From Gemmata obscuriglobus (GTDB taxonomy: Bacteria; Planctomycetota; Planctomycetia; Gemmatales; Gemmataceae), in NCBI RefSeq assembly GCF_008065095.1, contig NZ_CP042911.1:900001-932000 (forward strand): a stretch of DNA of 32,000 nucleotides, given 5' to 3'. Shown here piece after piece: positions 16,130 through 24,200 of this stretch. Position 1 is the first letter of the stretch. Each line of letters begins with the position of its first letter. The translations under genes and the position numbers were made by a program. The notes under the pieces are model-generated. The model was not told where the DNA came from. It ran no database searches and worked only from the letters and a program-made list of their open reading frames with translations.

Positions 16130-17530
16130 ATGCCCGATGATGTGTTCACCCTGCGTTCGCCGATGCCCGTGTCGGCCGACGAACTGTACGCCTGGCACGC
16201 CCGCCCGCTCGCGTTCCGGCGGCTCGCGCCGCCCTGGGAGGATACCCAGGTCGTGAAGCAGGAGGGTGCGTTCGGTACGGAGGGATTCCGCGTCACTCTG
16301 CGCACCAACGTCGTTGGTCCGGTCAGCGGCACGTGGCTCGCCGAGTCCTACAACTTCCGCCCGGGACTCGGGTTCAGGGACCGTCAGCTCGAGGGGCCGT
16401 TCGCGGCCTTCAACCACAACCACGAGTTCATCCCGAATGGCCCGGACCACTCATTCCTCGAAGACCGCATCGAGTACCGCGTCCCCTTGGGGTGGCCCGG
16501 GCGGGTACTCGGGAGCGGCATCGTCAAGCGGCGGCTCGCGCAGGTGTTCGCCTACCGACATTTCATCACCGCCAGCGACCTCGCCCGGCACGCGAAGTTC
16601 GCCGACCGACCGCGCCTCACGGTCGCTGTTACCGGCTCGCGTGGGCTGGTCGGCTCGGAACTCGTGCCGCTGCTCACCACCGGCGGGCACCGGGTCGTTC
16701 GGCTGCTCACCGGCGACGCCCGCCCGCCCTACGACGACGGCACTACGTGGACAAGCTGGAAGCCCGACGCGCCGCTCGCCTCTTCTGCCCTTGAGGGCGT
16801 AGACGCACTGGTTCACCTCGCTGGTGACAACGTCGCTGAGGGGCGCTGGACGGCCGCCAAGAAACAAAAGATCGTCGACAGCCGCGACGGCCCGACCCGG
16901 GCGCTCGTGCAGTCGCTGGTGGCGCTCCCCGCCGAGCGCCGGCCGAAGGTGTTCGTGTGCGCGTCGGCGGTGGGATTCTACGGGGACCGCGGCGAGGAAG
17001 AGCTGACCGAGGAATCGGCGGCGGGCACCGGTTTCTTTCCCGAGGTGACGAAGAAGTGGGAGGAGGCGTGCGCGCCGGCGCGCGACGCCGGTATCCGCGT
17101 CGTCAACCTCCGCATCGGCGTGGTGCTCTCGCCGAAGGGCGGGGCGCTCGGGAAGCAGTTGTTGGCGTTCAAGGCCGGCGGCGGGGCCGTGCTCGGGAGC
17201 GGAAGGCAGTTCGTCCCGTGGATCACCGTGAACGACACGGCCGGCGCGATTTACCACACACTGATGAACGAGTCGGTGAGCGGCCCGGTGAACATCGTCG
17301 GACCGAACCCGGTGACCAACCGGGAGTTCACCAAAGCTCTGGGCCGCGTGCTGAACCGGCCGGCGTTCCTGTGGCTCCCCCGGTTCGCGCTTCGGGCGCT
17401 GTTCGGCGAGATCGCGGACGAGGCGCTGCTCGCGAGCATGAAGGCCCGCCCCGCGAAGCTCGCGATGACGGGATTCACCTTCAGCCATACCGAACTGGAA
17501 CCGGCGTTGCGGTTCTTGCTCGGACGGTAG
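16130..17530 (+). CDS. SRPBCC-like N-domain fused to a TIGR01777/YfcH-type NAD-dependent epimerase (DUF1731 C-terminus)
   Basis: The Rossmann motif VAVTGSRGLVGSELV lies at about residue 170. The segments HLAGDNVAEGRWTAAKKQKIVDSRDGPT, FVCASAVGFYGDRG and the C-terminal PAKLAMTGFTFSHTELEPALRFLL match the YfcH-like family as I remember it. The N-terminal ~150 aa (LYAWHARPLAFRRLAPPWE...) resembles the cyclase/dehydrase-like module often fused to it. Confidence 0.7.
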   Translation: MPDDVFTLRSPMPVSADELYAWHARPLAFRRLAPPWEDTQVVKQEGAFGTEGFRVTLRTNVVGPVSGTWLAESYNFRPGLGFRDRQLEGPFAAFNHNHEFIPNGPDHSFLEDRIEYRVPLGWPGRVLGSGIVKRRLAQVFAYRHFITASDLARHAKFADRPRLTVAVTGSRGLVGSELVPLLTTGGHRVVRLLTGDARPPYDDGTTWTSWKPDAPLASSALEGVDALVHLAGDNVAEGRWTAAKKQKIVDSRDGPTRALVQSLVALPAERRPKVFVCASAVGFYGDRGEEELTEESAAGTGFFPEVTKKWEEACAPARDAGIRVVNLRIGVVLSPKGGALGKQLLAFKAGGGAVLGSGRQFVPWITVNDTAGAIYHTLMNESVSGPVNIVGPNPVTNREFTKALGRVLNRPAFLWLPRFALRALFGEIADEALLASMKARPAKLAMTGFTFSHTELEPALRFLLGR

Positions 17531-17661
17531 TGCCGCGGTATCATGCGGTGTCGGTCGGGCCGGCTCAGGTTTAGCTCGCTGCGTTGCAGCAGGCCGATGT
17601 TGCGTCGGCCGAGCCTTTGTCATGCCACCCCGCGCGGGGAGCGCTGTTCCAGCGCCGCTAT

Positions 17662-17746
17662 CGGAAGTGCTCCTGAACGTTCAGGAGCAGGCTGGATCAT
17701 CCCCGCCAGCCGTGGTTCCGCTCCTGAACGTTCAGGAGCACTTCCG
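17662..17746. repeat. Two identical perfect 20-bp palindromes inside a larger 27-nt inverted repeat
   Basis: GCTCCTGAACGTTCAGGAGC occurs at 17669-17688 and 17720-17739, 51 bp centre to centre. The outer arms are cggaagt (17662-17668) and acttccg (17740-17746). Confidence 0.85.
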
Positions 17747-17870
17747 GCGGCGCCGTGAGCGCTCCACGACACAGGTCCAGAAGTAGACCACCGGCCCGAC
17801 CGACACTTTCCGCATCTCCGCTCGCCCGCACGTCTCGCATCTGAATCCTTCAACTACCCCGGAGCTTCTT

Positions 17871-18681
17871 ATGCCCACCCTGATTGTGGCGGGTTCGCCC
17901 CCGCGCGCTTCCGCCAACGGCCCGGTGCCATCTGCCGGATACGACCAACGAATCAGCGCCGCGGCGCTCGACGCCGGTTGGTCGGTAATCCGCTCGTCAC
18001 GCGATTGCGTGCCGACTAATGTGCCGGAACCGGTGGTGTACGTGACGACGGAACTCGCAGTGCTGGCCGCGCGAACGCTCGACATCGCTTTGCTGGAACC
18101 GCCGTTCGATCTGCTTACGCGGGTTCCGGGGCGGTTCCTCCGCCGAGCCGTTGGGTTCGCGACCTTTGCCGACCTAACGCGACTTCAGAAACGAACGTTC
18201 GTGAAACCAGCCGATCCGCTCGATAAATGGTTCGACGCCGGACTGTACGCGAACGCGCGCGACATCCGCACCTGTGGTGCGCTCATGTCCCGACGCCCCG
18301 GTTCTGCTCAGCGAGCCGGTCGAGTGGTCGGTGGAGTTGCGGTACTTTGTGCTGGAAGGGCGTGTGATCGCGGGCTCACCGTATCTCTCTTACGGGCGCC
18401 CCGCGTGGCGCCGCACGGACGCATCAGGTCCGCTGCCCACTGCGGGGCGACCGTTGGTCGAGCAACTTTGTGCGGACATGAAAGACCGGCTGCCGCCGGT
18501 GTTTGTGGCTGACGTGGGACTGATCGAGGACCGCGGTTGGGCGGTGGTGGAGTTCAACCCGGTGTGGTCGGCCGGGTTGCTGAATGCCGACCCGGGTGCC
18601 GTGCTTCCGGCACTTCAGCGGGCCAGCCGGCGCCGCACCGAACTGACCGACGACGACCGCCGCTGGGATTTGCCAAAGTGA
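17871..18681 (+). pseudogene. ATP-grasp (R2K/DUF4343-like) gene interrupted by a +1 frame change near 18270-18285
   Basis: Frame A (17871...) reads ...RTFVKPADPLDKWFDAGLYANARDIRT and then degenerates. Frame B (from about 18274) continues with CPDAPVLLSEPVEWSVELRYFVLEGRVIAGSPYL...VADVGLIEDRGWAVVEFNPVWSAGL. Joined, the two pieces read like one ATP-grasp protein. A GGAG lies 6 nt before the 17871 ATG. Confidence 0.5.
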
Positions 18682-18761
18682 CACCGAACCAGCCCGTTGC
18701 GTTCGTGCGGCCGCGGCCGCATAATTCACCGCTGTCACACCCCAGAAGGAACCTCTCTAAC

Positions 18762-20051
18762 ATGCGCCTCGCACTCACCCTCACACTCACCGCGGCCGGG
18801 CTGACCGCCGCGCTCACCCCGTCGGCCGCCGCGCCCAAGGCCGGCGAGCCAGTCATCACCTGGAAAAAGACCGTTCTCGACACCAAGTTCCGGTCCGAAG
18901 GCGTGGCCGTCGCGGACGTGAACAAGGACGGCAAGATCGACGTACTCAACGGCGAGTACTGGTACGAGGCGCCGGACTGGAAGGCCCACGAACTGCAACC
19001 GTTCATGGACCACAAGGACGGGTTGCGCAACTACAGCCGCGTGTTCGCGTGCTGGACCGAGGACCTCAACGGGGACGGCTACGCGGACCTCATCGTGATC
19101 GACTTTCCGGGCGCACCGTGCTACTGGATGGAGAACCCGAAGGGCAAAGCGGCTGGCGAAAACGGCAAGCCGCTGCACTGGAAGAAGCACATCATCTGGC
19201 ACTCCGCCTGTAACGAAACGCCGCTCTACACGGAACTGACTGAGCAGGGTAAGCGTGTCCTCATCATGGGCTCGCAGCCGAAGGGCAAAGAGACCGAAGG
19301 GCAGATGGCCTACTTCACCCCCAACCCGAAGGACCCGACGGCGCTGTGGGAACTGCACCCAATCAGTGAGCCCAGCGTCGCGCCGGAAATGAAGGACGGC
19401 AAGCCGGTTCCGAACACCGGGACGGAGATCCCGGGCACGCGGAAATTCAGCCACGGGCTGGGAGTCGGTGACATCAACGGGGACGGCCGCGCCGACGTGA
19501 TGTGCGTTAACGGGTGGTGGGAACAGCCCGAGAAGGCCGACGGAAAAACGGCCTGGAAGTTCCACCCCGCCAACTTGGGCGCCGCCGCGGCAGACATGTA
19601 CGCCTACGACATGGACGGCGACGGCAAAGCCGACGTCATCAGCTCTTCCGCCCACCAGTTCGGCATCTGGTATCACAAGCAGCGCGCCACGAGCAAAGAC
19701 GGCCACCCGACGTTCGAGAAGGTGGACCTGTTCCCGAAGCTGGTGAGCGAGACCCACGCAGCGCACTTCAAGGACATCGACGGCGACGGCCGCCCGGACC
19801 TCATCACCGGCAAGCGCTGGTGGAGCCACGGGCGGGCTGAACCGGGCTCCGACGGTCCGGCCGCGATCTACTGGTTCAAGAACACGAAGGGCGCCGACGG
19901 GATCGTCAAGTTCACCCCGATGACCATCGACGAAGATTCCGGCATCGGAACCCAGTTCGAGGTCGCGGACATCAACGGCGACGGGTTGCTCGACGTGATC
20001 TCGTCGAACAAGAAGGGCGTCCGAGTGATCATTCAAGAACGGAAGAGGTGA
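18762..20051 (+). CDS. Secreted FG-GAP/VCBS repeat protein
   Basis: The ATG at 18762 gives the signal peptide MRLALTLTLTAAGLTAALTPSAAAP. There are six repeats: ADVNKDGKIDVL, EDLNGDGYADLIV, GDINGDGRADVMC, YDMDGDGKADVIS, KDIDGDGRPDLIT and ADINGDGLLDVIS. The track start at 18537 is unlikely. Confidence 0.8.
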   Translation: MRLALTLTLTAAGLTAALTPSAAAPKAGEPVITWKKTVLDTKFRSEGVAVADVNKDGKIDVLNGEYWYEAPDWKAHELQPFMDHKDGLRNYSRVFACWTEDLNGDGYADLIVIDFPGAPCYWMENPKGKAAGENGKPLHWKKHIIWHSACNETPLYTELTEQGKRVLIMGSQPKGKETEGQMAYFTPNPKDPTALWELHPISEPSVAPEMKDGKPVPNTGTEIPGTRKFSHGLGVGDINGDGRADVMCVNGWWEQPEKADGKTAWKFHPANLGAAAADMYAYDMDGDGKADVISSSAHQFGIWYHKQRATSKDGHPTFEKVDLFPKLVSETHAAHFKDIDGDGRPDLITGKRWWSHGRAEPGSDGPAAIYWFKNTKGADGIVKFTPMTIDEDSGIGTQFEVADINGDGLLDVISSNKKGVRVIIQERKR

Positions 20052-20083
20052 TCTCGGGCCGACGTTTCCTAGCTCAACACTGT

Positions 20084-20122
20084 GCGGGCGTGAAGCAACG
20101 GAACCCGTTACCTCACGCCCGC
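20084..20122. terminator. Hairpin between convergent genes (10-bp perfect stem)
   Basis: gcgggcgtga (20084-20093) pairs with tcacgcccgc (20113-20122). It lies between the stop at 20051 (+) and the stop at 20149 (-). Confidence 0.5.
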
Positions 20123-20148
20123 CTCTGCCGTCCGATTCGCCCCGGCCG

Positions 20149-21276
20149 TTATGGCCGCGACGGAATCGGCAGAACGGTGGTGATCTGCGGCACGTCACCC
20201 GGCTTGGGAGCGTCGCCACTCGGCGCAAGCGGCATCGTGTTCGCCGTCGACGGTGCCCCTAACCCCTCCCGCCCCGGGATCGGGAGCGGGCCGTTCGGGA
20301 TCGGCATCATCGGTGCTTGCCCGTTCGGGATCGCGATCGGTGCCGCGCCCCCCAGGATCGGCATCATCGGCGCGGGAGCCGACTGGTTGCGGATCGGTAT
20401 CATCGGCCCCGTCCCGGCCCCGCTCCCGCCCAGCGGAATCGGTGGACCGGATTGCACTACTGTAGGGTTGCCGAACGCACGTGCGTCCGGAGGGAGCAGG
20501 GGCTCGCCTACCCGTTCCTTCGGCACCTTCTCCCACACCTGCGAGCCGAACGGCGCGCTAGTGTCGAACGTGATCGTCGATGCCGGCGAGAACAGCGTCG
20601 GACCGCTCTCCGGGTCGTACCGGGCCGAAATCTTCACCCGCGTGATGTCGGGTTTGTACGTCGGCCACGGCAGGAAGAGCTTGTAGCTCTGCCCGAACGT
20701 TTCGTCACGGGCCTGGAGGTTCCGCAACGTCGCCTTATCAAACTGCCACCGTTCCGGGGTCGCAGGCGACTGGCCCGGCGGTCGCGGACTGTCGTCCACG
20801 AGGTCCACCGTGAGCACCCCGTCGGCCTGCGCGAACTCCATCTTGGACCCGCTGTACAGGAACATATGCCCCACGACGCCGGGGTTCATCCGTCCGTTCT
20901 TCGTCGGGTCCGGAAGGTACGCGATCCGGTTCTGCCAGCCCACTGCGAAATCAGACGCGACGACCTTGCGCTCGAGCTTCGCGCCCAGCTTCGCAAGCGG
21001 GTTCGCTGGGGCAGCAGCCGGCGCCCCGCTCGTGACCGGCGCCGGCGTGGTGGCGGCCACGGGGGCCGTCGCCGACGCCTGCACCACCGGCCCGGGCGCT
21101 CCGCCCCCGCGCGCATCGTCCGTGCGGGTGGTCTCCTGCGGCGGCGGGAGCACCCCGGGCTTCATCACGTCCAACTTCTGGACCTCGGGCTTCTTCCCCT
21201 CCGTTGAGAGGCACCCGGTCCCGATCGCAAGCGCCCCGAGGGCGACTGCGGTCAGCGACGAATATCGTGCACCCAT
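20149..21276 (-). CDS. Lipoprotein of unknown function, translationally coupled to the secretin gene
   Basis: The ATG at 21274-21276 gives MGARYSSLTAVALGALAIGTGC, a lipobox-like LAIGTG/C. This start lies 25 nt inside the 3' end of the secretin ORF, whose stop is at 21252-21254. The C-terminus is Pro/Met/Ile-rich (PMIPI, PMMPI x2). The track ORF extension to 21990 is an off-frame read-through of the secretin gene. Confidence 0.7.
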   Translation of the reverse strand: MGARYSSLTAVALGALAIGTGCLSTEGKKPEVQKLDVMKPGVLPPPQETTRTDDARGGGAPGPVVQASATAPVAATTPAPVTSGAPAAAPANPLAKLGAKLERKVVASDFAVGWQNRIAYLPDPTKNGRMNPGVVGHMFLYSGSKMEFAQADGVLTVDLVDDSPRPPGQSPATPERWQFDKATLRNLQARDETFGQSYKLFLPWPTYKPDITRVKISARYDPESGPTLFSPASTITFDTSAPFGSQVWEKVPKERVGEPLLPPDARAFGNPTVVQSGPPIPLGGSGAGTGPMIPIRNQSAPAPMMPILGGAAPIAIPNGQAPMMPIPNGPLPIPGREGLGAPSTANTMPLAPSGDAPKPGDVPQITTVLPIPSRP

Positions 21277-24200
21277 GACTTCGTGCCCTCCGTGGCGTTG
21301 AGATACGGCTTCTGTTCGACCGGGGAGGCGTCCTTGCCTCGTCCCGGTTCCGGTTGGGTCGGCGCCGCGGCCGGCGGGGCGCTCATGGTGAAGCCGCGGT
21401 TCGGGGCACCCGGAACGGCGGGCGCCGGCGCGGCCGGAACCGGCTGTCCGGGCTGCTGCATCACGTACCCGGCGCCCTGCGGCGCGGCCGGGATTTGCGG
21501 GGCCGCCGGCACCGCCGGCGCGAAGCCGGGTTGCGGGAACGGCGGCGGCGCGAACACCGGCTGCGACGCACTCACCGGCATCACGCCCGAGGACGACGGC
21601 AGTGCCGCACCGGGAGTCCCCGGAAGGGGCACGTTCAGGCCGGGGGCCGGCATTGCCGCCGGTGCCGGCGTCAGCATCGGAGCGGGCTGGGCCGGGAGGA
21701 TCGCCGCCCCGCCGTTCGGCGGCATGACCGTGTTCTGCGGCACCATGCCCGGGGGCACGACCGTTCCGGGTTGCGGCTGCGGGGTTCCGGGCTGGAGCAC
21801 ACCCGTGGCCGCCCCGCCGTCGAGCGGGATCGGAGCGTTGAAGGTGCCGAAGTACGCCGGACCGGGCACGAAGTTGGGCTGGCCCTGCGGCCCGCCGGCC
21901 CCCGTCGGCACCGGGCGGGCGCCCGCCGCCGCCGGTCCCATCACCTCGCCGCCGTGCTTGTGGGTCGCCAGCACTTCCGGCAGGCACCACTTCAGCTTCG
22001 CCGACTCCTCCGCCAGGATGCGGGCGTTGTCGTACTCGCTGCGCACGATGTGCGGGGTCATGATGACCAGGATCTCGCGCCGCTGGACCTGGTGCGTCCG
22101 GTACCGGAACAGCGCCCCCAGGTACGGGATGTCCTTCGCGTACGGGATCCCGACCTCGCTCTTGGTCTCCTGTTTGCTGAGCAGCCCACCGAGCACGATC
22201 GTTTCGCCGTCGGACGCGAGCACGGTGGTCTGCACCGTTTGCGAGTTGAACACCGCCGCCTGGATGCCGCCCACGGCCACCGTGGAGGGCTGTACGCTGG
22301 ACACCGTCGGCTCCACCCGCATCAGCACCTTGCCGTCCGGGCTCACCCGCGGGGTAACCCGCAAGCTGATCCCGATGTCCTGGTACGTGATGCCCTGCTG
22401 GGCCAGGCCGTTGGTGATCGTGGTCGCGGTCGGCACCGGGTAGCTCTGGCCGATGTTCACGTACCCGGTCTGGCTGTCCGCCACCTGGATCTGCGGCCGG
22501 CTCAGCACGTCCACCCGGCCCTGCGCCTTGAGCGCCCGGACCAGGAGCGAGAACGTGTCGTTCGACGCCGAGAACACGAACCCGCCGACCCCTTGCGTGG
22601 GCGACGATCGCCCGACGCCCAGGTTCCCGAGCCCCTGGAACCCGACGATCCCGTTGCCCACGTTGTTACCGGCGGGCAGCGCGGTCGTGGTGTTGAAGTT
22701 CAGCGTCGTCCCGCGGTCGAAGAACACCGGGCTCTGGAGCCCCACCTCGACGCCCAGCTCTTCCGTGTTGTTGAGCTGCACCTCGGCGATGGTCACCTGG
22801 ATCACGACCTGCGGCGGCTGCGCGTCGATCTTGTCGATGATCCGCTTGATCTCGCCGAAGTACTCCGGCGTGGCGCTCACCAGCACGGTGTTGCTCACCG
22901 GCTCGGCGATCACCACCACGCTCCGCTGGAGCTGCTGGAACGCGCTGTTGAACTGCGCCCCGGTGTACACCTGTAGGGCCTGCGTGAAGAACTGCTGCAC
23001 CGAGTTGGCCACATCGGCCGCGGCCGCGTTCCGCAGCTTCACCACCTCGTGGTACCGGTTCTGCACCTGCGACCCCTCCAGCCGCGCGATGACTGCCCGG
23101 ATGGTGTCGAGGTCGTTGAGCGAGCCGGCCACGATGATGCTGTTGGTGCGGTCGTCCACCGACAGCCGCAGGTCGATCAGCGACGCCCCGGCCGACGGGT
23201 CCGAGCTGATCGTCAGCAGCGGCCGCGCCTGGGTGGTGTTCTGCCCGAGCCCCTGGTTCTGGATGCCGGTGGTGGCGGTCCGCCCCTGGCCGGTGAACAA
23301 TTGCGCGATCAGGTTCGCCGTCAGCGTCGCGTCGGCTCCCTGGGACAGCCGGAACACGTTCACGTAGGACCGCGCCGCGGCGACCGTGTCGAGGTTCTCG
23401 ATGAGCGTCTCGATGAGCTTCATCGTCTCGGTCGGGGCCGCGATGATCAGCGAGTTGATCCGGGCGTGCGAGACGATGTGGATGTCCTCGAGGAACCCCG
23501 TCTCGTACGTCTTCCCGTCCCGCGCCGAGTAGAACTTGATCGCGGTCGTCTTGGTGTGCAGCCCGCCGGCGCTGCCGGTCCCGATGGTCGGGATCAGCGC
23601 GTTGATCTGCTGCACCTGGGTGGCGCCGAACTGGCCGGTGGTCTGCCCGATCGCGCCCGGCGTGGCCCCCTGGGTGCCCAGGTTGAACTGGTTACCCTGG
23701 CCGAACTGGTTGGCGCCGCCGCCCTGGTTCGCGGTGATCCCGAACGCCGCCGCACCGCCCTGCAGTTGCGCCTGCGGGCCGGTGAACTGCTGCTGGGCCA
23801 GCGGGTTCAGCACGTTCGACGTCAGCGCCTGGCTCAGCACCTGCCCCAACTCGTCCGACAGCGCGTTCTTCAGCTTGAAGATGCGCATGTCGTTGACCGC
23901 TTTGGACGTCGAGATGTCCATGAGCGTGATCAGGTCTTCGACGTCCTTCAGGTCCCCCGGGGAGCCCTGGACGTACACCGTATTGCTGCTCGTATCAAAC
24001 GTGACCCGGAACTGGTTCTTCGTCTGCGGGTCGCCCGGGTATCGGGTGTTCCAGAAGTTCTGGATCTGGTACGCGACGAGCTGGGCCGACGCCCGCTTGA
24101 GCTGGAACGCCTTGAACGGCGCGCGGTTCGACTGGTCGAACAGCCGCTTCATCTCGTTCTTGGCGTCCTCGAACCGGGCCTCGGGCGCGACCAGTAGGAC

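Noticed and set aside
14639-16450. 603-aa minus-strand ORF, and the 109-aa ORF at 14731-15060
   Set aside because: These run through the tandem repeat array, giving the periodic SPGLSP.GAQGC peptide, then antisense through the transposase gene and across the non-coding gap. The periodic peptide is simply the 23-bp DNA repeat read in frame.
17669-17739. The TGAACGTTCA palindromes as LexA/SOS boxes
   Set aside because: The GAAC/GTTC half-sites recall Cheo-type boxes, but here they have no spacer. They are not upstream of uvrB or any recognisable SOS gene, and I do not know the LexA motif for this lineage. They are kept only as generic operator or REP candidates.
20149-21990. The full 613-aa version of the lipoprotein ORF
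   Set aside because: The part upstream of 21276 overlaps the secretin tail in another frame and translates to R/G/A-rich sequence. The ATG at 21276 gives a clean lipoprotein signal peptide.
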